NCBI GenBank assembly: GCA_963662795.1 | Contig: OY759746.1 | Span: 1,152,001 to 1,216,000, forward strand | Direction: 5' to 3' | Source of the DNA: Spirochaetia bacterium | GTDB lineage: Bacteria > Spirochaetota > Spirochaetia > CADAEX01 | DNA length: 64,000 bases | Shown: piece after piece, positions 50,891-59,392 of the stretch | Layout: each line of letters begins with the position of its first letter | Numbering within the stretch: position 1 is the first letter of the stretch | The notes under the pieces: model-generated | Seen by the model: the letters and a program-made list of their open reading frames with translations, nothing else | Database searches by the model: none | Told to the model about the DNA's origin: nothing | Translations under genes and position numbers: made by a program

Positions 50891-51766
50891 CTAATAAGAG
50901 CTGAAATATGTATTTATAATAAGGGCGACTTTGCCCTTTGTAATTTTCATCCCTTTACTGCGGGCTTCTTCATATACTTCATCAACTGTAGCAGAAGAAC
51001 GTCTGGTTTTTATTTCAATTATTGAATCTATATCATTCTGAGGTATGGGCTCTTTACTACCATAAATACCTTTTCGCGTAACCGCGATATATGCATATCT
51101 GAGAGCATCAAAATCGGAAAGCAGTTTTTTGTGTTCAGCAGACAGGGACTCGAGATCTTTCCTGAGTCTGTCAATTTCTCCATCCTGCCCTGCATCTTTA
51201 ACATTGATGTCCGAAATCTGTTTTATAATGAATTCAGGATCATGGGCAGCAATATACCTGACAGGGTCAGCAACAGCTTCATCAACAGCTTTCAACAAAA
51301 GGTCAGGTCCGTAATACTGTCCTCTTATTCTGATAAAATAATTATCTTTTACTACCCTGAAATCATACATAGTATAATCAGTGTGTATAAAGGTAATTCC
51401 CGCCGGAAGATATGGTGTCAGCTCAGAATCGTTATAGGTGAGAGAACCGGGAATAACATTTATCTCAATACCGTCTTTTTTAAAGATCAGCTTTACTGAT
51501 TTGGCCGTCAATGTACTCCAGTTAAAGATTTCATCTGCGAATATTTTCAGAGTTCTTCTTTCACTGTCGCCAGGTGTGCCTTCCAGAATTATTGAGACAT
51601 CAGCGTCTCCGCCCTGATAATTAACCCTGTATATATTAAATGAGCCTTCTTTTCCGGTCTGGCTGAATGTTATATTATTAAAATCAGGCGCCCTGTCTTG
51701 CGCAAATACAGATATAGTACCCAATATTAAAAACGCCAATGCCATTATCTTTATTTTTTTCAGCAT
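50891..51766 (-). CDS. Hypothetical exported protein
   Basis: Signal peptide MLKKIKIMALAFLILGTISVFA behind an AGGAG RBS (track start 51808). Confidence 0.7.
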   Translation of the reverse strand: MLKKIKIMALAFLILGTISVFAQDRAPDFNNITFSQTGKEGSFNIYRVNYQGGDADVSIILEGTPGDSERRTLKIFADEIFNWSTLTAKSVKLIFKKDGIEINVIPGSLTYNDSELTPYLPAGITFIHTDYTMYDFRVVKDNYFIRIRGQYYGPDLLLKAVDEAVADPVRYIAAHDPEFIIKQISDINVKDAGQDGEIDRLRKDLESLSAEHKKLLSDFDALRYAYIAVTRKGIYGSKEPIPQNDIDSIIEIKTRRSSATVDEVYEEARSKGMKITKGKVALIINTYFSSY

Positions 51767-51813
51767 ACTATTAACTCCTGTTAACTCCCCGGCCGCTGAT
51801 TCTTTCAATTTAA

Positions 51814-53184
51814 TTACCTGATTATTACCAGTATTCTGTCAAAAGGCCGTATCTGCTTTTTCTCAGCTCCCTGCTGCGGCGAACCAGTTTCCCGCGCAAA
51901 AAGCTTGTCATCTGTATAATAAAACTCAATCTCACCAATAGGTTCATTATCATTTCTAAAAACATAGGCTTTATCGCCGGTTTTTATTTCAAGTATCTTA
52001 TTCATGAATACTACTATTTCATCGTTGCTTACAGGATCAACAACATAGCCGCTGACTCCGCTGGCCTGAATATAGTAATCAAAAGCATTGCTGAAATTTT
52101 CAATATGCCTGTTTTTTTCATCAATTTTCTGCGCGCTTTTATTCCACACGGATTCATAACCATTTCTGATAAAAAGTTCTTTTTCATTTAACCTTTTTAC
52201 GGCATCTGCTACTGAATTCTGATATGGAACCTTTGCCAGCTGGTCAAGGAGAATATTAATCTTTTCGGATTCCTGTCTTATGCTGTCGATTTCACCGGCA
52301 GAAGCTGCATTGTCCTTTTCCAGAATTGAGACTGAAGTCTGCTCAGCAAAAGCAGGAACGATTTTATCTTTTTTATCTGATAAAATCTTTTTAATACTTT
52401 CCGATTTAAAAACAGGATCAAGCTTATTTTTCAGGACACTTGCCAGCCTCGCGCTGTCTCTTTTCAATGAAGCATTCTCCGCCTCGAAATTGGCAGTTAT
52501 TGACCTGATCCTTTCTTCATATGAGTTAACCAGCTCCTGCTGCTGCAACTCCGCCATCCTGCGCTGGTTGTTAAGAATTTCATCCTGTTTTCTTGCTTTA
52601 TCCAGCACAGCGGCATCATAGGATGCCATTGATTTTTCTATTTCCTTTATTTCCTCTTCTTTAGCCGCGATTTTTTCCCCATATTCCGTTTTTATAATGG
52701 CAGAATCGCTGTTTCGCTTTTTATAGATCGCAGCTATCCTTAATTTCTTCATATTATCGCTTTCACCGCTTGCCATCACTATGGAAATATCCCTTTCAGC
52801 CTTGCTGTTCAGATTGTCTATTTCCTCATTCATGTTAAGCTTCAGATTTTCCTGATCCGCTCTTGTTTTTCTTAGATTCTGCTCAAACTTTTTAGCTACA
52901 TCCAGAATATCCTTGAGATTTACGTCCTCAAAATCCTTGATCTGGACCGGGACAACCTTGCCGGATTCCTGTATATATCTTGTTACTGCGTAAGCTGTCC
53001 CGACAACTGCAATCAGAAAAACAAGGAGTGTAATCATTACAACATAATTTCTGTTCTTTTTTGATGCTGCAAATTCCACTTCGAGATCGTAAAGTTCCTG
53101 AGAGCCTACTTCAAGATTCCTCCAGTCAAGAAATGCGCTTTTGCTCTTGCTGACTAAGTCTTTTACTTTTCCATCATTGTCCAT
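51814..53184 (-). CDS. Hypothetical single-TM coiled-coil protein
   Basis: One TM helix near the N-terminus, long heptad-rich region, short beta-rich C-terminus; overlaps the cyclase stop. Confidence 0.75.
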   Translation of the reverse strand: MDNDGKVKDLVSKSKSAFLDWRNLEVGSQELYDLEVEFAASKKNRNYVVMITLLVFLIAVVGTAYAVTRYIQESGKVVPVQIKDFEDVNLKDILDVAKKFEQNLRKTRADQENLKLNMNEEIDNLNSKAERDISIVMASGESDNMKKLRIAAIYKKRNSDSAIIKTEYGEKIAAKEEEIKEIEKSMASYDAAVLDKARKQDEILNNQRRMAELQQQELVNSYEERIRSITANFEAENASLKRDSARLASVLKNKLDPVFKSESIKKILSDKKDKIVPAFAEQTSVSILEKDNAASAGEIDSIRQESEKINILLDQLAKVPYQNSVADAVKRLNEKELFIRNGYESVWNKSAQKIDEKNRHIENFSNAFDYYIQASGVSGYVVDPVSNDEIVVFMNKILEIKTGDKAYVFRNDNEPIGEIEFYYTDDKLFARETGSPQQGAEKKQIRPFDRILVIIR

Positions 53185-54863
53185 ATACCATTCCAGTTTT
53201 CAGGCGGTTTTGCTCCTGATATCCTGCTTATAAAAACTTCCGCAGCAGGGATTCCGCATTTTGCGAAGTATTTCTCCGCAGCTTTCCAATCGCCTTTATA
53301 ATAATCTTTAAGGGCAGTGTCAAACATCTCCAGTCTTCCTTCAAGGTCAGAATCAAGTACATCAAGGGGAACAGGCCAGAAAACCTTTTTCCCTTCTTTC
53401 TTGCCCTTGACTTTAACAGTATCAAGCTCCTGGAAGAAATAATCAGCATTATTCCTTATTGCATCATTTTTAATATATTCAGAACATATTACAGGTACCT
53501 TGTAGATCCTTGTAAGCCCTTCAAGGCGTGAAGAAGAGTTGACATTATCACCGATAACCGTATTTGTCATTCTTTCATTTGATCCGATGTTGCCGTAAAA
53601 GACATCTCCGCCGTCGATGCCGACTCCTACTTCGATGAGGACGGCCCTATAGACCATCTCTTCGGCAGCAGAAAGAGCTCCGTATTTTTTGACAATTTCC
53701 TCTTTCTTGTCAATCATCTTTTTTCTGAGAGAAGCTGCTACTTCCTGTATTCCGTATCCTGAAGCAAGAGCCTGAACAGATTTGTTTTCTACGGAATCAT
53801 CAAATGTGCCGAAGACGGCCAGCAGCGCATCTCCGATTATGGAACCGACAATACCTTCCTTCCTGTGGACTCTTTTGATCGCTTCCTGATAGTGCATGTT
53901 TATGAGGCTGATTATATCTGTACCGAGGATTTCGGTCATATTTGTAAACTGCTTTATATCTGAAAACAGTATTGTCAGCTCTTTGGATGCCCCTTCAAGC
54001 TTTATTCTCTGTTCCTTGTAGGCTTTTCTCGCAACATCTGCAGTTACAAATTTCTTGAAGATGTTCATAAGGTTATCTATATTGCTGGAAAGCGAGTTGA
54101 ATGACATACCCAAAAGCGTTATATCATCATTGGGAGCATCTTTGAGATCGATAATCCCTATTCTCTGGTCTGTTCTCATTGCCATAATCTGGTCTGTCAT
54201 CAGTTTAACAAAGCGGAGCAGGCTGTTGACGAGAAATACCCCCAGAAAACCGCATATAATTGTTATGGCGATTATAATTACTGCTACCCGGTTAAAAACC
54301 ACTCTTGTAGGATAATAAAATTCGTTAACCTCTTCTGCCCTCACAAGAAAGGTATTCCATTTCTGATTGAATTTAAATACACCGAAATATTCAAGATTCC
54401 CAAGATAAAAATTAATGGCCCCTTCTTTTGTCCCGGCGGCAGATGCTTCCACGATAAGATTGTTAAGCGTGGGCCTTTCTGTCTCTTCTACGTTTATGGT
54501 AGGGGAAACTGAAAAAAACAGGCTGCTGTCTGTATTTATACCGATAAATACAGATTTTTCTCCGCGCAGTTCCTTTATGGCCCTTTCACGGATATTCTTT
54601 ACAGACTCTTCCTTATCTTCATTAAAAGAAAATATTTCATATTGATTATTACAGAAAATATGAAGATCCTTGAGATCCCTTACAAGAAGCTGGTTTAAAA
54701 GTTTTATCTGCACTCCCCTGTTAAGAACCAGATTGATATAGTTTGTCGTAAAATTGGAAAGCAGAAGCAAAACTGTGAAAAGTCCTGTAATCTTGAGTGT
54801 AATAGGTACAACCCTTGTACCTCTGATTTTATGTCCTATAAAATTATTAATATTTTTCTTCAC
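53163..54863 (-). CDS. Membrane-bound class III nucleotidyl cyclase (2 TM, periplasmic sensor, HAMP-like linker)
   Basis: LFSDIKQFT, IGDALLAVFG, GNIGS, TVIGDNVNSSSRLEG and VKGK motifs. Confidence 0.9.
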   Translation of the reverse strand: MKKNINNFIGHKIRGTRVVPITLKITGLFTVLLLLSNFTTNYINLVLNRGVQIKLLNQLLVRDLKDLHIFCNNQYEIFSFNEDKEESVKNIRERAIKELRGEKSVFIGINTDSSLFFSVSPTINVEETERPTLNNLIVEASAAGTKEGAINFYLGNLEYFGVFKFNQKWNTFLVRAEEVNEFYYPTRVVFNRVAVIIIAITIICGFLGVFLVNSLLRFVKLMTDQIMAMRTDQRIGIIDLKDAPNDDITLLGMSFNSLSSNIDNLMNIFKKFVTADVARKAYKEQRIKLEGASKELTILFSDIKQFTNMTEILGTDIISLINMHYQEAIKRVHRKEGIVGSIIGDALLAVFGTFDDSVENKSVQALASGYGIQEVAASLRKKMIDKKEEIVKKYGALSAAEEMVYRAVLIEVGVGIDGGDVFYGNIGSNERMTNTVIGDNVNSSSRLEGLTRIYKVPVICSEYIKNDAIRNNADYFFQELDTVKVKGKKEGKKVFWPVPLDVLDSDLEGRLEMFDTALKDYYKGDWKAAEKYFAKCGIPAAEVFISRISGAKPPENWNGIWTMMEK

Positions 54864-55028
54864 CTTTTTATTCTTTTCTTCTTTAATATTTAAAACTAGT
54901 TTAAGATAACATTTATCATATTAAAGCACAAATTTTAGAAAATCAAGATAATTATTCTCAGTTGAATTAAATGTTTGTTTTTGCTAACATAGGATAATCA
55001 TCACTAATGTTAAAGCCTGGAGTATTAT

Positions 55029-55631
55029 ATGTATGTAGTCTGTCTTGATCTTGAAGGTGTTCTTGTTCCTGAAATCTGGATAAATGTAGCAAAAAAAACC
55101 GGAATTGACGAACTCAAGCTCACTACAAGGGATATTTCTGATTACAATGCCCTGATGAAACGAAGAATTGCGATCCTGGATGAGAACAATCTTAAGCTTA
55201 AAGATATACAGGATGTAATTGCGACAATGGATCCTCTTGACGGGGCAGAGGAATTCCTTGAAAAACTCAGGGAGCTGACACAGGTTATAATTCTTTCAGA
55301 TACATTTACACAATTCGCTAAACCGCTTATGAAAAAACTCGGATGGCCTGTTATTTTCTGCAATGAACTTGTAATTGACAATTCAGACAGAATCTCTGAT
55401 TTCGCCTTAAGGCAGCAGGACGGGAAAAAACATGCTGTTAAGGGATTTCATTCAATGGGCTTCAAGGTTGTTGCTTCAGGTGATTCATATAACGATCTTT
55501 CAATGATAAGGGAAGCAGACAGCGGGGCCCTTTTCTGCCCTCCGGAAAAAATCGTAAAAGACAATCCTGATCTTCCGGTTGCAATGACACACAGAGAGCT
55601 GCTGGAAATAATAAAAAACCTTGTAAAATAA
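55029..55631 (+). CDS. thrH: Phosphoserine phosphatase / homoserine phosphotransferase
   Basis: CLDLEGVLVPEIW, ILSDTF and GDSYND HAD motifs. Confidence 0.93.
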   Translation: MYVVCLDLEGVLVPEIWINVAKKTGIDELKLTTRDISDYNALMKRRIAILDENNLKLKDIQDVIATMDPLDGAEEFLEKLRELTQVIILSDTFTQFAKPLMKKLGWPVIFCNELVIDNSDRISDFALRQQDGKKHAVKGFHSMGFKVVASGDSYNDLSMIREADSGALFCPPEKIVKDNPDLPVAMTHRELLEIIKNLVK

Positions 55632-55645
55632 AAAAGCAGGCCTTC

Positions 55646-58105
55646 TTAGCCGGTTAATCTTTTAATCTCATCTTTCAGCAGAGGGAAAAGCTGTGCTACC
55701 CTTTTAAGATTTTCCATTGATTTTTCAGCATTGTTTTCCTTTGCACTCTTTTCCAGTTCACCTGCCGCATCCCCGAATTTTCTGATAGCAAGATTCCATG
55801 AGCCCCCCTTGATTGAGTGGGCTTCACGGCATAGCGATTCAAAGTCCTTTTTTTCAAGAAGTACCCTCATATCCGGCAGCTGCTTCTCAACCCTGACGCT
55901 GAACTCGGAGAGCGTTTCAAGCAGTATTTCCTTTTCACCCATAAAAGTATCGAGAGCGTCGTTATAGTCAATCATTTCAGCGGCTTTATCCGGAAAAACC
56001 GGCGATACAGCGCTATCTACGGTATTTTTTCCCGTACCGGTCCCTGTCTCAGCAGGCTTTGTTTTAACTGCGCTGATAATCGAATTCCCATTTCCGTTTT
56101 TTTCAGACGCAGGTTCCAGCTCCTCAAGGTCTGCTACTTCATCACCGACTATCAGCCACTTGCTGAAAAGCGGAACCAGGTCGGTCTTTTTGAAAGGTTT
56201 GGAGAGAAAATCATCCATGCCTGCTTCAATACATTTCTCTTTTTCGCCGGCAATTGCATTTGCAGTAACAGCTATTATTGGAGTAGTCACCCCCATCTCC
56301 TTAATCCTTCTTGAGGCGTCAAAACCGTTCATTACCGGCATCTGTATATCCATCAGGATAAGATCGAATTTTTCTTTTTTTGCCAGCTCAACCGCTTCCA
56401 GTCCGTTATCAGCAACAGAAACATCAATATTGAAATTGTTTAGAATTGTTTTAAAAAGTTTCTGGTTGATATAATAATCCTCGGCAAGGAGGAATTTTTT
56501 TCTGCTGTTAAGAAGCAGCTCCTGAATTACACTGAGTTCCTGTTCGGTAGTACTGTCCTCCTCCTCCGCATCAATTACTATTCCAAGAGCCTTGAATACA
56601 GCGCTGTACAGATGCCTTTTTTTAACCGGTTTGTTGATATATCCGTCAAACCAGTTCAGGAGCTTCATTTTTGCCTCATCCCCACCCATTCCGATGGGAG
56701 TCATAAGGACCTTTTTAATATCTGAATATCGGCTTTCTGCTTTTATTTCACTTGCAAGCTGCCATCCGTCCATACCGGGCATTCTCTGATCAATCAGCAC
56801 CAGGTCTACATCAGCAGCACCGCTCTTTACCCTGTCAAGAAACGAAATGGCTTCATTGCCGTTATCAGCTTCATAAACCCTGATCCCAATCTCTTCAAGA
56901 TATTTCCTTACCTGCTTCCTGCTTGTTTCATTATCATCAACAAGCAGCAGCTCGATTTTCACAGGAAGTTTTAATGCGCGGGATATTTTCCCTTTTGACA
57001 ACGTAGAAACCCTGGTTCTGATAGTAAACCAGAAAAGGGAACCCTTCCCCTCAACACTGTCAAACCCAATTTCTCCGCCGAAAAGTTCCGCAAGTTTTTT
57101 GCTTATGGAAAGGCCGAGGCCCGTACCTCCGAATTTGCGGGTTATTGATGAATCGACCTGGGTAAACACGTTAAAAAGAAGATTTTTTCTGCTGTCAGGG
57201 ATACCTATACCGGTATCACTGACAGTGAACTTGATTTTCATCTCACCGCCTTCTGTTTTAACCATGCTGGCGCTTACAACAATCTCCCCGTTTTTGGTGA
57301 ATTTGATCGCATTGTTCAGTAGGTTCATAACAACCTGCCGGAGCCTTACAGGATCGCCCTCAATTATCTCAGGAACATCAGGTGAAATAGACAATACAAC
57401 TTCAAGCCCTTTTTTGTGTGCTTCCATTGCAATCAGGGTAACTGCGTCTTCAAGCGTTTCATAAAGATTGTATCCAATATTTTCAAGTTCAAGTTTTCCG
57501 GCTTCAATCTTGGAAAAATCAAGGATATCGTTGACAAGACTTAAAAGGACACCTGCAGAAAAAAGAATCTGATCGCCGTATTCCTTCTGCTCAACATCAA
57601 GCGGCGTATCAAGAATAAGTTCCGACATCCCCATGATTGTATGCAGCGGTGTTCTTATTTCATGGCTTACATTGGCAAGAAATTCCGATTTTGTTCTCGC
57701 TGCCTGTTCGGCAAGCCCTTTTGCTTCCTCAAGCTGCTTTTCTGCAGTTTTCAATTCTGATATGTCGTCTATCAGGCCGATATAAAGTTTTCTGTCCTGG
57801 TCATCTGCTGCTGAATTAATTCTTACAGTATAGGATTTTCCGTATTTTTCTTTATCGCTGTATTCATATCTGATGCTGTCTGTCCCTGTTTTTACGAATT
57901 CATTGAATTTGCCGGTAAACTCTTTAAAAAATTCATCACTCAGGACATCTGAAAGTTTTTTCCCTTCAATTGCTTCATTTTTTTCCCCGGTAAGTTTTTT
58001 AAAGGAAATATTTGCTTTTAAAATTTCAAGATTATCACCAAAAATAAAGACTGCGTAAGGAGAATTCTCGATAAAATCAATTAATACCTTTTCAAACTGG
58101 AGCAT
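55646..58105 (-). CDS. Soluble hybrid histidine kinase (PAS-HisKA-HATPase-REC-REC-Hpt)
   Basis: FLANVSHEIRTPL, NAIKFT, GGTGLGL, two receivers (LIDQRMP, LMDIQMP) and Hpt AHSIKG. Confidence 0.94.
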   Translation of the reverse strand: MLQFEKVLIDFIENSPYAVFIFGDNLEILKANISFKKLTGEKNEAIEGKKLSDVLSDEFFKEFTGKFNEFVKTGTDSIRYEYSDKEKYGKSYTVRINSAADDQDRKLYIGLIDDISELKTAEKQLEEAKGLAEQAARTKSEFLANVSHEIRTPLHTIMGMSELILDTPLDVEQKEYGDQILFSAGVLLSLVNDILDFSKIEAGKLELENIGYNLYETLEDAVTLIAMEAHKKGLEVVLSISPDVPEIIEGDPVRLRQVVMNLLNNAIKFTKNGEIVVSASMVKTEGGEMKIKFTVSDTGIGIPDSRKNLLFNVFTQVDSSITRKFGGTGLGLSISKKLAELFGGEIGFDSVEGKGSLFWFTIRTRVSTLSKGKISRALKLPVKIELLLVDDNETSRKQVRKYLEEIGIRVYEADNGNEAISFLDRVKSGAADVDLVLIDQRMPGMDGWQLASEIKAESRYSDIKKVLMTPIGMGGDEAKMKLLNWFDGYINKPVKKRHLYSAVFKALGIVIDAEEEDSTTEQELSVIQELLLNSRKKFLLAEDYYINQKLFKTILNNFNIDVSVADNGLEAVELAKKEKFDLILMDIQMPVMNGFDASRRIKEMGVTTPIIAVTANAIAGEKEKCIEAGMDDFLSKPFKKTDLVPLFSKWLIVGDEVADLEELEPASEKNGNGNSIISAVKTKPAETGTGTGKNTVDSAVSPVFPDKAAEMIDYNDALDTFMGEKEILLETLSEFSVRVEKQLPDMRVLLEKKDFESLCREAHSIKGGSWNLAIRKFGDAAGELEKSAKENNAEKSMENLKRVAQLFPLLKDEIKRLTG

Positions 58106-58123
58106 CCGTATTTCCCCGTTTTA

Positions 58124-59392
58124 TCAGAATCCCGGATTCAGGATTTCTGCTGTTTTTCTTTTTATCGCATCAGGTTTTAACGGTTTTGACATATAGCTTC
58201 TGACTCCGTATTTAACTGCTTTAAGAACTGTTTCCTTCTGGGACAGGGCGGAAAGGATGATTACCGGTGTATTGATTTTCTCCCTGTTCATATATTCGAG
58301 AACTCCGAATCCGTCAAGTTCAGGCATCATTACATCAAGAAATACAAGATCATACTCATTGCCGGGAAGGGCATCGACAAACTTTTTCCCGTTTTCATAC
58401 AGGTCGAGCTGCCATTCAAGTGATTTGAATACAGTTTTAACAAGCTGGCGTATCACAAAATCATCATCAACAATTGCAATTTTCACATTATTCCCGATTG
58501 TCTCAAGCTGCCTGAAGAGGTTTTCCGCTTCAAACCTCATTTCAATTTTACCTTCCTGAGCATTTCCGGAAAGTTTTGCCCCCAGCAGATTATCTTCAAC
58601 TACCTTGTCCTGGGCATATGTATCCCCTTTCTTCCCGATTAGTATATCAAGGGCATCGCCAAGATTGTTGGTTGTCTTTATTCCCCTGAATTCCGGAACA
58701 GATTTAACATAATCCTTAATTGCGCCGGAGTTTGTAAGAATCATTATCTGATCAGGCTTTTCAGCAGCACTTTTTACAGCAATATCAAGGAGATTGCGCA
58801 ATTTGAAAATATTTTTATCCTCAATTTCAATATTCGACATCATAAGGAGGATTTTAGGATGCGCTATGTTGTATATTTTTATCAGCTCGTTAAGCCGGAA
58901 CTGCAGGATGTCAATTTTTTCGGTATTCAGCCCGCGGGCAATTTCAATAAATATAATTTCATCGTTGTAGTTTGCTTCAATTAAACAGGGCGAATCATCG
59001 ACTTCCATCTCTATTTTAAATATCTCTGAAACACCTTTAAAAAGTGAATCAATCTTTACCGGTTTTGAGAGTATTTTTTTTACCCCGTATTTGGCAAGCT
59101 CCACTATTTTGCTTTTATCAATTCTGCTGGTAAGAAGAATTACCGGTATAGATGAGGTATTTGGATTTGTCTCTTTCTCGATAAGTATTTCCTGGGAACT
59201 TTTTCTTGTGAGCATGTAGTCCATAACGATAAGATCAGGAATTACCTTTCGGAGTTTAAGTGACCCGTCAAGCCCGTTTACCCCGTTGAAAACTTCGAAA
59301 TTCAAATCTGCAAATTTTTTTTCAAGATACTGGCGGAATTCCTCGTTTTCATCAATTATCAACACTTTTTTCATTAGTCTCTCCAGATTCAA
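58124..59392 (-). CDS. Response regulator with two receiver domains and no DNA-binding domain
   Basis: N-terminal REC (LIVMDY, SKPV) and C-terminal REC (VDDD, FLDVMMP, SKPL) around a central domain. Confidence 0.88.
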   Translation of the reverse strand: MNLERLMKKVLIIDENEEFRQYLEKKFADLNFEVFNGVNGLDGSLKLRKVIPDLIVMDYMLTRKSSQEILIEKETNPNTSSIPVILLTSRIDKSKIVELAKYGVKKILSKPVKIDSLFKGVSEIFKIEMEVDDSPCLIEANYNDEIIFIEIARGLNTEKIDILQFRLNELIKIYNIAHPKILLMMSNIEIEDKNIFKLRNLLDIAVKSAAEKPDQIMILTNSGAIKDYVKSVPEFRGIKTTNNLGDALDILIGKKGDTYAQDKVVEDNLLGAKLSGNAQEGKIEMRFEAENLFRQLETIGNNVKIAIVDDDFVIRQLVKTVFKSLEWQLDLYENGKKFVDALPGNEYDLVFLDVMMPELDGFGVLEYMNREKINTPVIILSALSQKETVLKAVKYGVRSYMSKPLKPDAIKRKTAEILNPGF

